Below, piece after piece: positions 18,886 through 29,709 of a stretch of 64,000 nt of DNA (positions are counted from its first letter, which is position 1; the number at the start of each line of letters is the position of its first letter). The notes beneath the pieces were generated by a model. The model did no database searches, was not told the origin of the DNA, and saw only the letters and a list, made by a program, of their open reading frames with translations. Source of the stretch: an uncultured Bacteroidales bacterium (GTDB lineage Bacteria; Bacteroidota; Bacteroidia; Bacteroidales; UBA10428). The stretch is from NCBI GenBank assembly GCA_964461435.1, contig CAYWUI010000015.1:132-64131 (forward strand), given 5' to 3'. Position numbers and translations under genes: made by a program.

Positions 18886-21800
18886 ATGTTAAAATTCTCG
18901 TCAGGGGCTTTTATACTATATTTAATATGTATAAGTTTTTCAATCTCTGCCCAGACTACTAACTTCAATGATATTTTTAACATTTATTTCGAACAGGATT
19001 TTGAAAATAATACCTTAGGAACTTATTCCGAAAGCGAGTGGAAAGAAGACTGGAATCACCCTGAATGGTCGAATAGGCAGGTCCCGCCTGAAATTTTAAA
19101 TGACAGTGACATAGTAAATGGTACCAAGGTTATGAGATGGTTATTCCCTGAGGGTTCCGTTGGTCCCGCAGAGGGTGGAGGTCAGTGGTTGGCACCTCTG
19201 AATTCAGCGTTTGATGAGCTTTATTTCTCCTATAGAATAAAATTTAAACCCGGCTTTGAGTGGGTCCTGGGCGGGAAAATACCAGGATTACTGGCAGAGC
19301 CATTTAAAGGTTTTGATCCTCCTGAATGGGATGAAGGGGCAATGATATTATTAATGTGGAGAAGTGACCACAAAATAACATTTTATTACTATCACCATAA
19401 TCAGGATCATATATATGGTGACAGCGAAGGTTGGAATTATAATATAGAACCAGGCATATGGTATACAATTACTATCAGAATTGTGATGAATACTATTAAT
19501 GAAAATGGGGGGAATAATGATGGTATACTGGAAGGATATATAAATGACAAACTTTATTGCCAGGTATCAAATCTTCTCTTTAGAAATTTAAGCAGCATAG
19601 GGATAGATCATTTGCAGATTACATCTTTTTTCGGTGGTGACGGTGAAGAATGGGCTGCAAAAAGAGACGAATGGATTGATGTTGATGATTTTGTTGTTTT
19701 TTCTTACAAGGATGATGTAATAGTACCAAGAGGCAATACTCCCAGCCCTTCAGACAGAGTTTTATTACATCCATATATGTATATTAAAGATTCTTTATGG
19801 AGGGTAAGTTTATCTGCCATGCCCCTGTCAAGCAAAACAATTGAATTAAAATGGAATCATTACCCCATACCTGCAGGTTATGTTATTCAGAGAAAAATAG
19901 CTTCGGATACGGTTTTTACAACAATTGCCAGTCTCCCTTATAAAAATATCACCTATACTGACAAAGAATTACAGCCTTCAACACAGTATGAATACAGGAT
20001 ATTGGCAAACAATATTTATTCGGATACAATTAATGTTACAACATTTCCACCAAATCCTCCTGATCCGCCATCGAATTTATATGCCACTGCTGTACAAAAA
20101 AGGCAAATAAATATTTCATGGACAGATAATTCTGTCAACGAACTGGGTTTTAAGATTGAAAGATCAGTAAGCCCAAATATAAATTTTGTTAATATAGTTA
20201 GCGTAAACTATAATATTCGCAATTATTCAGATATAAACCTTACGCCCAATACAACTTACTATTACCGTGTGTATGCTCATAATGAAGATGGCATTTCAGG
20301 CTATTCCAACGTTTTGGAAGCCAAAACATTGCCACTTGAACCTCCGGCCGCACCAACAGGACTTTCAGCATCTGATATTACAAAAAACTCATTACGTTTA
20401 TCATGGATTGATAACTCCAATAATGAAAACGGATTCGCAATTATGTCTTCATCTACATCAGGCATAGGTTTTGTCCAGGTAGCTACTGTTGGTCCTAACA
20501 CAACTTCATATAACTATGAAGGATTATTCCCGGATTACGGATGTTATTATATTGTAAGAGCTTTTAACAATGACGGGAATTCAGGGTACTCTAACGAATT
20601 GTATGCTAAGACTCTTCCCCTTAATCCTCCTGCTGCTCCTGCGGAATTACACACATCGGATATAACAAAGCATTCAATTAACCTTGTATGGACAGATAAT
20701 TCCGATAATGAGGATGGTTTTATTATTGAACGTTCCATTTCATTGACAGGTGGTTTTACTCAGGTTGCAAATGTTGAATCGAACATCGCCGCTTATACGG
20801 ACAATGATTTGACTCCTGGTTATACTTATTATTATAGAATTAAGGCATTTAATGAAGATGGAACTTCTGATTATTCCAATATTTTGGAAATAAAAACCTT
20901 ATCCCTGAATCCCCCTGATGCTCCTTCTTCTTTGAAAGCAGATACTATTAATTATAATTGGTTAACTATTGTCTGGTCAGATAATTCAACTAATGAATCT
21001 GGATTCAGAATAGAAAGAACCCTGGATACAAACAATGTTTTTATTTTTTTAGCTGATGTTGATGGCCCTGACATAACGGAATTTACGGATACGGGATTAA
21101 TTGATAATACGACTTACTACTATAGAGTACAAGCATATAATGATGACGGATTTTCGGAGTTTTCAATTATATTGAAAACTGTAACTCCGAAATTGAACCC
21201 CCCGCAGCCACCGTCTTTGCTTTCACCATCGCAAGTCACGCTAAATACAATTACATTAAACTGGAAAGATAACTCAAGCGATGAGACAGGATTTATTATT
21301 AAAAGAGCTGCCGCACCTTATATAACATTTGAAACAATAAAGACAGCAAGTGCTAATGCTACAAGTTTTATTGATGAAAATCTGAATCCCAGTACAACTT
21401 ACCATTACCAGGTTAATGCGATAAATAAGGCCGGTAACTCTGACAATAGCAATACAGCAATTGCATCAACCTTGTCCGTTTCTGAATCTAATAGAATCTG
21501 GGACGGAATTATAGCATACTATAATTTTAACTTTAGTTCAGACAATATTATATATGATTATTCAAACTATGATAAACCTTTGAATTTGGCAATAGGAGAC
21601 ACATCAGGAATAATATGGAATGCAAATAATAAACTTGAACTGGTATCAAACAATTATGTTAAATCAATAAATCCGGCAACAAAAATAGTCAATGCCTGCA
21701 AAAATACCAATGAAATTACTGTTGAATGCTGGATTAAGCCGTCCTTGTTCAGCTCATCAAATCCTGAAAATATTTTAAGTATCTCAAATAATAATAATGA

Positions 21801-22473
21801 TATTTGTGCTAACCTGGCCCAGGAGCATATATCCGTAAATGATAATAAGTCATATAAATATTTAATAAGTCTGAGGACCCGGGCCACAGCTTCAAATGGT
21901 TCACCAAATCTATATACCAGGGATGAGTTAACATACCTTTCACTGCATCATATTGTATATTTTAAGAATGACAATGGTATTGAAAAGCTTTTTATAAATG
22001 GCAAAGAAGCAGCCAGCAGTATCCGGCCCCATGATTTTGAAAACTGGGATAATAATTCTTACTTAATATTGGGGAATGACCCGGATTTAAATTCCCCCTG
22101 GAATGGTACATATTACACTGTTGCTATATATAATACAGCCCTTTCAAAAGATCAGATAATTACTAATTATAATGCCGGCCCCAAAGACAATCTGGCAAAA
22201 TCAGTTATTAATTACGACATTGAGATTTCTCCAAATCCTTCTGAAGGTATTATAAATTTGAGAATAGTTCCGCTGTCTGCAGATGAATATGCCGGTAAAA
22301 CAATGATTCAGATCTGTGATATGATGGGTGATATAAAATTTTCTGAAATAATTGAAGATCCAAACAGGGAACTGACAAAATCCTTTGACTTTTCTGAATT
22401 CAAAAAAGGTATCTATATATTACGAGTCATTACAAATGATCATTTTAACTCCGGAAAATTCGTAATTCAATAA
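18886..22473 (+). CDS. T9SS cargo: PL14-like domain + 6 FN3 repeats + LamG-like domain + CTD
   Basis: LGGKIPGL and LMWR; six FN3 units, five carrying W.DNS.NE.GF-like motifs; TVECWIKP and VAIYNTALS jelly-roll; ISPNPSEG...KGIYILRV CTD. Confidence 0.8.
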   Translation: MLKFSSGAFILYLICISFSISAQTTNFNDIFNIYFEQDFENNTLGTYSESEWKEDWNHPEWSNRQVPPEILNDSDIVNGTKVMRWLFPEGSVGPAEGGGQWLAPLNSAFDELYFSYRIKFKPGFEWVLGGKIPGLLAEPFKGFDPPEWDEGAMILLMWRSDHKITFYYYHHNQDHIYGDSEGWNYNIEPGIWYTITIRIVMNTINENGGNNDGILEGYINDKLYCQVSNLLFRNLSSIGIDHLQITSFFGGDGEEWAAKRDEWIDVDDFVVFSYKDDVIVPRGNTPSPSDRVLLHPYMYIKDSLWRVSLSAMPLSSKTIELKWNHYPIPAGYVIQRKIASDTVFTTIASLPYKNITYTDKELQPSTQYEYRILANNIYSDTINVTTFPPNPPDPPSNLYATAVQKRQINISWTDNSVNELGFKIERSVSPNINFVNIVSVNYNIRNYSDINLTPNTTYYYRVYAHNEDGISGYSNVLEAKTLPLEPPAAPTGLSASDITKNSLRLSWIDNSNNENGFAIMSSSTSGIGFVQVATVGPNTTSYNYEGLFPDYGCYYIVRAFNNDGNSGYSNELYAKTLPLNPPAAPAELHTSDITKHSINLVWTDNSDNEDGFIIERSISLTGGFTQVANVESNIAAYTDNDLTPGYTYYYRIKAFNEDGTSDYSNILEIKTLSLNPPDAPSSLKADTINYNWLTIVWSDNSTNESGFRIERTLDTNNVFIFLADVDGPDITEFTDTGLIDNTTYYYRVQAYNDDGFSEFSIILKTVTPKLNPPQPPSLLSPSQVTLNTITLNWKDNSSDETGFIIKRAAAPYITFETIKTASANATSFIDENLNPSTTYHYQVNAINKAGNSDNSNTAIASTLSVSESNRIWDGIIAYYNFNFSSDNIIYDYSNYDKPLNLAIGDTSGIIWNANNKLELVSNNYVKSINPATKIVNACKNTNEITVECWIKPSLFSSSNPENILSISNNNNDICANLAQEHISVNDNKSYKYLISLRTRATASNGSPNLYTRDELTYLSLHHIVYFKNDNGIEKLFINGKEAASSIRPHDFENWDNNSYLILGNDPDLNSPWNGTYYTVAIYNTALSKDQIITNYNAGPKDNLAKSVINYDIEISPNPSEGIINLRIVPLSADEYAGKTMIQICDMMGDIKFSEIIEDPNRELTKSFDFSEFKKGIYILRVITNDHFNSGKFVIQ

Positions 22474-22764
22474 AATCTCCTCTGACATAAATATAAAAAT
22501 TATAAGAATCCCCACCAGATTATCTTGAGCTTATTTAATAGATCCCATATATATTATTACTTTCAGTACTTAGCAGTTAATAATACCTAATTTATTCATG
22601 CTTATTTGAATTACTTGTGACCCTAAATTGATGTAAAACTAACTTCTGTGTAACAAAATCATCAGTTAATCAAAATGTCAGAAAATAACAGGCTAAATAT
22701 TAGAATCTATCGTATTTATAGTATTATTTTTGAATCATTAATTATTAAAATTTTAATTAATAAT

Positions 22765-24234
22765 ATGTCTCAAACACTAAAAACAGATATGAATTCATAC
22801 AACCAGCTTAAGGATACTAAAAACCCGAAAAAAAGAAAAAATCGTAAAGATATAAATCCGTTATTTTCAGTACTTGATATCGTTGTCACAATACTTTCTT
22901 ATTTCTTTGCATATTTTTTAACAAATCTTTTGCATACAAATTATTTCAGGTTCACACAGGAATATGTTATAATGCTTATGCTTATTATACCGACATGGGC
23001 TATTCTGCTCCAGATACTGAATCTTACAAAAATTCCGAGAACTCACTCATATATGTCTATTTTCTTTAGTTTTTTAAACTTTAATGCTATCGGATTCGCT
23101 TTAATATTCTTGTACAAACATTTATTTCATTTAACTGTTTTCAGCCATTATTTCATAATATCTTTCTCGTTAATAAATCTCTTCTCCCTCTATATTTTCA
23201 GAATGTTAACCTACAAGGTATTTAAGTATTACAGATCTACAGGTCATAATATTCATAACGTATTAATTTTTGCAGATGGAAATTCCGATAAGTTTATTGA
23301 TAACATAATTAATCATAAGGAATGGGGATTCAGGATATTAATGATTTTAACCAATTCAGAAAACATAAAAAATAAATATAGCAATAGTATTAAAATCTTA
23401 CCTGATAAAATATCAATAAAAAATCTGCTTAATATTGATATTATTGATGAAGTAATTTATTGTAAGAGCAGCATAGAGGAAGAAAGACTCAGAGATTTAA
23501 TTGAAACTTGCCAGGAAGTTGGGGTTACCTTCAGGATGCAGTCCGATCTTAATCCTGTAACAATAGCAAATACGCATCTGACACATTTCGAAAACATACC
23601 TTTTATAACCTTTATGAATACTCCTAAAAACAGGTTAGCTCTTGCCTGGAAATCTTTTAGCGAATTCTGGATTTCATTCGTAATAATTTTTCTTTTATCA
23701 CCTTTTCTTTTAATTATTTCACTTTTAATAAAGCTCTCAAGTCAGGGTCCGGTGATATTTAAGCAGGAAAGAGTAGGCTTAAGGGGCAGAAAGTTTTACA
23801 TCTACAAGTTCAGAACAATGGTTTATAATGCTGAAACCCTTAAATCATCTTTGCTGGATCAAAATGAAACTGACGGGCCCGTATTCAAGATAAAAAATGA
23901 TCCACGCATAACCAGGATTGGAAAGTTTTTGAGAAAAACCGGACTGGATGAATTACCTCAATTATTCAATGTTCTTAAGGGTGAGATGTCACTTATAGGA
24001 CCTCGTCCGCCGTTACCCCAGGAAGTTGAAAAATATGAAAGATGGCAGTTAAAAAGACTGTCCATGAAGCCTGGCATTACCTGTACATGGCAGGTTATAC
24101 CCAACAGGAATAATGTAATGTTTGAGAAATGGATGAAACTGGATATTCAATATATCGAAAACTGGTCAATAAAAAAGGATTTTATGCTTTTTTTCAAAAC
24201 ATTAAGAACTTTAATTAGCGGTTCTGGTCATTAA
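22765..24234 (+). CDS. Undecaprenyl-phosphate sugar phosphotransferase (WcaJ/WbaP-like)
   Basis: N-terminal TM helices; FKQERVG, KFRTM, DPRITRIG, LDELPQLFNVLKGEMSLIGPRP. Start uncertain (22675, 22765 or 22789). Confidence 0.9.
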   Translation: MSQTLKTDMNSYNQLKDTKNPKKRKNRKDINPLFSVLDIVVTILSYFFAYFLTNLLHTNYFRFTQEYVIMLMLIIPTWAILLQILNLTKIPRTHSYMSIFFSFLNFNAIGFALIFLYKHLFHLTVFSHYFIISFSLINLFSLYIFRMLTYKVFKYYRSTGHNIHNVLIFADGNSDKFIDNIINHKEWGFRILMILTNSENIKNKYSNSIKILPDKISIKNLLNIDIIDEVIYCKSSIEEERLRDLIETCQEVGVTFRMQSDLNPVTIANTHLTHFENIPFITFMNTPKNRLALAWKSFSEFWISFVIIFLLSPFLLIISLLIKLSSQGPVIFKQERVGLRGRKFYIYKFRTMVYNAETLKSSLLDQNETDGPVFKIKNDPRITRIGKFLRKTGLDELPQLFNVLKGEMSLIGPRPPLPQEVEKYERWQLKRLSMKPGITCTWQVIPNRNNVMFEKWMKLDIQYIENWSIKKDFMLFFKTLRTLISGSGH

Positions 24235-24282
24235 GGATTATTCCCCTTTCTAAATATGTGAACTGTAATTTATTTAATAAGT

Positions 24283-24318
24283 ATGCTCTAAATAATATTA
24301 TAAGTTTAGAGCATTTTC
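24283..24318 (+). terminator. Probable terminator hairpin
   Basis: ATGCTCTAAA-N12-TTTAGAGCAT followed by TTTC, downstream of the sugar transferase. Confidence 0.55.
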
Positions 24319-24443
24319 GTTATAATTTTAAATAATTTAAAAAAGAATTTAATAATTTAGAATATTAAAAGGCTTTGTAAATAAAAAACCAGTAAGCATT
24401 AATTTACTATTATTTTAATTAAAACATTAAATAATTATCTGAA

Positions 24444-25214
24444 ATGGCCAAACTTAAGTTTAACAAAATCAAAATAATTGCATACTTATCAATTTTAATT
24501 TCTGCTGGCGCATGCACTCCTACATCCAAATTAACATATGTATTAAATAAAGGAGATGCTGCAAATAAGAACCAGTTCCATAATGATCGGTCTGAAAAGA
24601 CAATTCAGCCATATGATTACTTGTATATTAAAATTTACAGTTTGGATGAACAGACTAATTACGTGTTCAGAGAAGAAAGGTATTCCAGCTACGAAACCGA
24701 ACTGGTTAGTTATGCTGTTGATGATAAAGGGAATATAGATTTCCCGTTTATAGGAAGTATTAATGTAAAAGATCTTACGATTAACCAGGCCAAGGAAAGA
24801 ATTGAACAATCTTTAAACCGTCAGCTAAATAATGTTTCGGTAAGAGTGAGATTTGTCAGTAATAAAATCACTATTTTGGGGGAAGTAGGTCGCCCGGGCG
24901 ATTATTCATTTTATGATGAAAAAATAAATATCTTCCAGACTATAGGATTAGCCAATGGTATTACACCTTATGGCAATAAAACCAATATAACACTGATTCG
25001 TGAAAAAGATAATACTATAAAGTATTACTATTTGGATCTTACCGATAAAAAGATTGTGGAGTCAGAAAATTACTATCTTCTGCCCAATGATATTGTTATA
25101 GTAAATCCGATTAGTGCTAAATACAGAGAACTCAGAACTTATTCGTTATCCCTGACATCAGCAATTGTATCGACCTTACTTAGCACGGTAACTTTAATAT
25201 ATGTATTTAAATAA
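24444..25214 (+). CDS. wza: Polysaccharide export outer-membrane lipoprotein
   Basis: Lipobox SAGAC; IQPYDYL, GNIDFPFIG, ITILGEV and YLLPNDIV. Confidence 0.85.
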   Translation: MAKLKFNKIKIIAYLSILISAGACTPTSKLTYVLNKGDAANKNQFHNDRSEKTIQPYDYLYIKIYSLDEQTNYVFREERYSSYETELVSYAVDDKGNIDFPFIGSINVKDLTINQAKERIEQSLNRQLNNVSVRVRFVSNKITILGEVGRPGDYSFYDEKINIFQTIGLANGITPYGNKTNITLIREKDNTIKYYYLDLTDKKIVESENYYLLPNDIVIVNPISAKYRELRTYSLSLTSAIVSTLLSTVTLIYVFK

Positions 25215-25233
25215 TAAATAAAAAAGCTTAAGA

Positions 25234-27693
25234 ATGAACAATTCAGATAAAATCTTCCAGAGCAATATTAACTACAAAAAGATATTCAAGAAGTTATTGA
25301 ATTATAAGAAACAATGCCTGTTCATTATTATTATATTTCTGATTTTAACTTTCCTTGTAAATAAATTTTCACCTGCAAAATATGCAAACTATACTACCTT
25401 GTATATTGGCGATAACCAGCAGAATTCATTTATGAGCGGTACTGATGATATAATGAAGGGATTTGGATTATTTACAGGGAAAAACAATATTGATAATGAA
25501 ATAGAGATATTGCAATCATTTACGCTAATAAAAAATGTAATTAAGGACCTGGACCTAAAAACAACCTATGTAACTTTTAATAACTCTACCCTGTCTGGCT
25601 TTTTATTCAATACCCCATTGTGCAAAAAGTATGATATCTATACTGATTCTCCCATCAAAGTTGTTATAGATCAGTCAGTTCCTCAGACAGTCTACTTAAA
25701 CTTCAGGGTTGTGTTTTTAAATGACAATGAGTTTTATCTTGAAACCACAGGCAAGGATGTCAGACTGTATAATTTTATTGATGATAATATTGTATCAATT
25801 GAAAAGAATATATCTTTCAGAGGCAGGTTTAAATTTGGAGATGAAATAAAAACAAGAGCTTTCTGTTTCAGGATAATTAAAAAGGAAAATTTCGATCCTT
25901 CCTTTACTAAAGAAAACAATCTATATTTCTTTTTCAATGACATTAACGCATTGACCTCACGATACCAGGCTATTTTAAACGCTGAAGCCACGTCACAAAC
26001 ATCTTCATTAATAAAAATCAGTTTCAAAGGGAAAAATCCTTATATGGTCACAGACTTTCTAAATAGCCTGACTGCGTTATATTTAGAGAGAAATATAGAA
26101 AGAAAAAACAGAATAGCTTTAAGTACAGTTAACTTTATTGATTCACAGATTTCCAATATTGCTGATTCGCTAAGCTCTGCTGAATTCAGGCTTAAAAGTT
26201 TCAGGTCGGCTCACAATGTAATGGATTTAAGTTTCCAGGGACAACAAATAGTTGAAAAGATGAGTGAAATGGAAACTGAAAAAGAAAATTTAAATGTGCA
26301 AAAACAGTATTATTCATATCTTAAAACCTATCTGTCTAATAGTATGGAGGTTAGTGATTTATTAGCCCCGCCGTCATCAATGAGGGTATCTGATCCCATT
26401 TTAACAAATCTTATATCTCAGATGCTTACATTAAGTTCCAAAAGAGCAAGTTTACTTAGAACTAATGCGAATAAAGACAATCTGTATTTATCGGATATTA
26501 ATATTCAGATCGATAATATAAGGAAGACCATAAGCGAAAATGTAAATAATACATTAAATACAATTGATAATAGCATCAAGGAAATTAACTACAGGATTGC
26601 AGGCCTTTCAAATCAAATATCTCAAATGCCAAAAACCGAGTTGCAGCTCAAGGGGATAGAAAGAAAATTTAAGCTTAACGATAATATATACACTTTTCTT
26701 CTTCAGAAGCGCTCCGAAGCCCAAATTGCCAGGGCATCAAGTATGCCTGACTATGAAATAATCGATCCTGCGCGTATTTCAGTTGCTGAAATGGTATCTC
26801 CTAAAAAGAAATTAAATTACATCGTTGCATTATTCCTGGGCTTGTTATTACCAACATCAGTGGTTATGTTAAGAGACTTCCTTAATAATAAAATTACGGA
26901 TCCTGAGCAAGTGGAATCTGGAACGAAATTTCCGATTATTGGCCGCGTATTTCACAACTTCAGGAGAACAAAGCTTGTTGTTAATGATCGTCCAAACTCA
27001 TCTGTCACAGAATCATTCCGGGCAGTAAGAACCAATTTTGAATTTTTCTCGGATGGCGGGAAAAAACAGGTTTTGCTGATTACATCGGCCACAAGTGGTG
27101 AGGGAAAGACGTTCTGTTCAATTAATCTTGCATCTGTATTTGCCTTAAACGGTCACAAAACGGTGTTACTGGAGTTTGATCTGAGGCGTCCCAAGATTCA
27201 TGAAGAATTTGGCTCAAGTAACATGATTGGCATAAATTCATATCTTATAGAAAAAGCTATTATTGAAGATATAATCATGCCTACACAAATTGAGAATCTT
27301 GATCTGATATCTGCAGGACCTGCGGCACCAAATCCTGCTGAATTGATAAGTTCGCAGAGAACCGGGGAATTTATTGAGAAATTAAAGGAAATGTACGATT
27401 ATATTATTATCGACTCGGCTCCTGCAGGAATTATTGCTGAGACATTCGTATTAATGAAATATTCGGATATTAACATTTTTGTTGTAAGGATGGACAAAAC
27501 TATCAGAGAAGCCTTTGTCAATACATCAAAAGCATTTGAAAATAACAAATTCACTAATGTGTCTATTCTGTTAAATGATATTAATATCAAAAGGGAATCA
27601 TACAAGTATGGCTATGATAATAAGTATTATACCGATGATAGAAGGAGAGGTATAATAGCCAGATTATTCACCGGTAAAAGAAAAGCTTCCTGA
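25234..27693 (+). CDS. wzc: Polysaccharide copolymerase / BY-kinase
   Basis: Two TM segments; ESFRAVRTN, Walker A SGEGKT, IIIDSAP and Tyr-rich tail YKYGYDNKYY. Confidence 0.9.
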   Translation: MNNSDKIFQSNINYKKIFKKLLNYKKQCLFIIIIFLILTFLVNKFSPAKYANYTTLYIGDNQQNSFMSGTDDIMKGFGLFTGKNNIDNEIEILQSFTLIKNVIKDLDLKTTYVTFNNSTLSGFLFNTPLCKKYDIYTDSPIKVVIDQSVPQTVYLNFRVVFLNDNEFYLETTGKDVRLYNFIDDNIVSIEKNISFRGRFKFGDEIKTRAFCFRIIKKENFDPSFTKENNLYFFFNDINALTSRYQAILNAEATSQTSSLIKISFKGKNPYMVTDFLNSLTALYLERNIERKNRIALSTVNFIDSQISNIADSLSSAEFRLKSFRSAHNVMDLSFQGQQIVEKMSEMETEKENLNVQKQYYSYLKTYLSNSMEVSDLLAPPSSMRVSDPILTNLISQMLTLSSKRASLLRTNANKDNLYLSDINIQIDNIRKTISENVNNTLNTIDNSIKEINYRIAGLSNQISQMPKTELQLKGIERKFKLNDNIYTFLLQKRSEAQIARASSMPDYEIIDPARISVAEMVSPKKKLNYIVALFLGLLLPTSVVMLRDFLNNKITDPEQVESGTKFPIIGRVFHNFRRTKLVVNDRPNSSVTESFRAVRTNFEFFSDGGKKQVLLITSATSGEGKTFCSINLASVFALNGHKTVLLEFDLRRPKIHEEFGSSNMIGINSYLIEKAIIEDIIMPTQIENLDLISAGPAAPNPAELISSQRTGEFIEKLKEMYDYIIIDSAPAGIIAETFVLMKYSDINIFVVRMDKTIREAFVNTSKAFENNKFTNVSILLNDINIKRESYKYGYDNKYYTDDRRRGIIARLFTGKRKAS

Positions 27694-27701
27694 CATAGTT
27701 G

Positions 27702-28445
27702 CTAAAACAGCCATGCCACTTCGGCAAAACTTTTTATTATAGAGGGATTTTTTTCAATAGCAGAACCAACGACTATTATATCCGCACCTGCCTGAAATAT
27801 ATCTCTGATATCATCGCGGGTTTTTATGCCTCCCCCTACTATTAAAGGCACTGATATATTCTTCTTTACTTCAGATATTGTATCTCTTTTAATTATCTGA
27901 CTGGAACCACTTCCTGCTTCAAGGTATATTATCTTATTGCCCATCAGTTCACCTGCTATGGCTGTTGCCACAATTAACTCGGTTTTGTCTGCTGGAACAG
28001 GTTTTGTATTGCTTATATATTCTACTGATGAAGTACATTGAGTATCAATAAGTATATATCCTGTCGGTATTATTTCAAGCCCGCATTTTTTAAGATAGGG
28101 GGCTGCAAGCACCTGGTTACCTATAAGATAATCCGGATTGCGCCCCGATATCAGGGAAAGGAGCAAAATGCCATCTGCATTATCTGACAGTTGCATAAGA
28201 TTTCCGGGAAATAAAATTACTGGTATACCGGTGCTTTTTTTGATAATTTCAACAACATCACCCACAAAACCCGTTACCAGGCTGCCCCCCACAAGAATAA
28301 AGTCAACCCTGGACTGATTTGCAATCTTTATTGTTTCGGTTAACGATTCATCATTCTGCTTTCCAGGATCTATAAGTATTGCAAGTTTCCTGTTATTCTT
28401 TAAAATTACAGAATTATAAACAGACTTTTTTACCTTATTGTCCAT
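27702..28445 (-). CDS. Geranylgeranylglyceryl/heptaprenylglyceryl-phosphate synthase (PcrB/GGGPS family)
   Basis: ILIDPGK, VGGS, LFPG, SLISGRNPDYLIG, YLEAGSG and VGGGI. Confidence 0.9.
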   Translation of the reverse strand: MDNKVKKSVYNSVILKNNRKLAILIDPGKQNDESLTETIKIANQSRVDFILVGGSLVTGFVGDVVEIIKKSTGIPVILFPGNLMQLSDNADGILLLSLISGRNPDYLIGNQVLAAPYLKKCGLEIIPTGYILIDTQCTSSVEYISNTKPVPADKTELIVATAIAGELMGNKIIYLEAGSGSSQIIKRDTISEVKKNISVPLIVGGGIKTRDDIRDIFQAGADIIVVGSAIEKNPSIIKSFAEVAWLF

Positions 28446-29062
28446 ACAATTATATAGTTCTTAATAGTAAAATAATACAACCGGAATTTCTCATTCATAT
28501 ATTTATTATTAACCCATCCTGTGATATATCCTTTTTCTTCAGGCGCAAATGGTTCTATCGTCAGATTTTTCCTGAAATTAATATCCTGTTTGTTACAAAT
28601 CTTATACAGTGCTTCTTTGGCACACCAGTGTATATACAAATGATACTTCTTTCTGGATTTGTTCCTGGTGATTACTTCATTTTCATTAATGAATTTTGAC
28701 TCTATATTACTTATTCTATGTGACATATATTCCAGATCAATGCCAACTTTTCTTTTTTTACTAAGTAGTACGGATGTAAAATCCCTGGAATGGGAAATAC
28801 TGACATTGTATGAATTGCCTCTAATAAAAGGTTTGCGATTTCCATTATAATATACCGACAAACTTTTACCGGCAATTTCTTTGAGCAAGACCCTTACACT
28901 TAGCCATTCAATGCTTCTCAAATGATTCTGAAAGCTGTTTAAAGTCTTTATTTCTTCAGGCAATAATGACAGTCTTGAGAATAAATAATCATAATCCTCT
29001 TTAACTTCCCAGATTCCAAGGACACAATCATCTTCAATATATTGTTTTATAAGCAGCCCCAT
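28430..29062 (-). CDS. 4'-phosphopantetheinyl transferase (Sfp-type)
   Basis: VSISHS, VGIDLE and WCAKEALYK. Confidence 0.88.
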   Translation of the reverse strand: MGLLIKQYIEDDCVLGIWEVKEDYDYLFSRLSLLPEEIKTLNSFQNHLRSIEWLSVRVLLKEIAGKSLSVYYNGNRKPFIRGNSYNVSISHSRDFTSVLLSKKRKVGIDLEYMSHRISNIESKFINENEVITRNKSRKKYHLYIHWCAKEALYKICNKQDINFRKNLTIEPFAPEEKGYITGWVNNKYMNEKFRLYYFTIKNYIIVWTIR

Positions 29063-29094
29063 TTCTAATAAAAAACTCTAATTTGATAATTTTT

Positions 29095-29706
29095 TTAGTT
29101 CCATTCAAATGTTTCAATTAAATGTTGCATATCCTTTTTAAAAAAATTAATTACCGGGGATAAAGAATCACTATTGGGCCTGACACTAAAATATAGTGCT
29201 GCGCTGAGAAAATTATCGGTGCTGTCTGTAATAAAAAAACTGGCCGATGATGCTGTATTACCTTTTATAGTATAAAAGATTCCAAAAACATTTCTTTCGG
29301 GAAATATAATCGGACTCTCAATTATATCATCAGCTTTAATTATATGCTTATATGCCAGACTCCTTACATCTTCAATATGCTCGTCCAGGTTGTTTTTAAG
29401 AGCCCAGTAGGTTATGTGTATTTTACCTTTATAGGAAGGAAATTCTATGTTAATCCAGCAAGGCCTGGTATTATAATTATCGTATCCGGCTATCTTCCCG
29501 TAAACAGGATACTCAAAAGTGTACCCGCAGTCGCTTTTATATTTCTGATATTGCTTTTCGGGAAAATCTATCCTGAAATATCCTCTTGGTTTTGGCAAGT
29601 ACTTTTTTTTACATGCCGCGAGAGATAAAATAATAATAAAAAAAAACAAGCTGCTGCCTATTAAGAAATTAAATGTATTATGTATAGTTTTTGGACTCAA
29701 CTGCAT
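29095..29706 (-). CDS. gldD: Gliding motility lipoprotein GldD
   Basis: LAAC lipobox, PKPRGYFRID, GNTAS..F..TDS..NFL.AALYF. Confidence 0.9.
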   Translation of the reverse strand: MQLSPKTIHNTFNFLIGSSLFFFIIILSLAACKKKYLPKPRGYFRIDFPEKQYQKYKSDCGYTFEYPVYGKIAGYDNYNTRPCWINIEFPSYKGKIHITYWALKNNLDEHIEDVRSLAYKHIIKADDIIESPIIFPERNVFGIFYTIKGNTASSASFFITDSTDNFLSAALYFSVRPNSDSLSPVINFFKKDMQHLIETFEWN

Positions 29707-29709
29707 TGA

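Noticed and set aside
20050-21480. Recurring GATAA(T/C)TC motifs at about 290-nt spacing
   Set aside because: Explained by FN3 protein repeats (W.DNS); not a DNA-level array.
22675-22764. Extended N-terminus of the sugar transferase
   Set aside because: Low-complexity AT-rich sequence that looks like a 5' UTR; a later ATG is more plausible.
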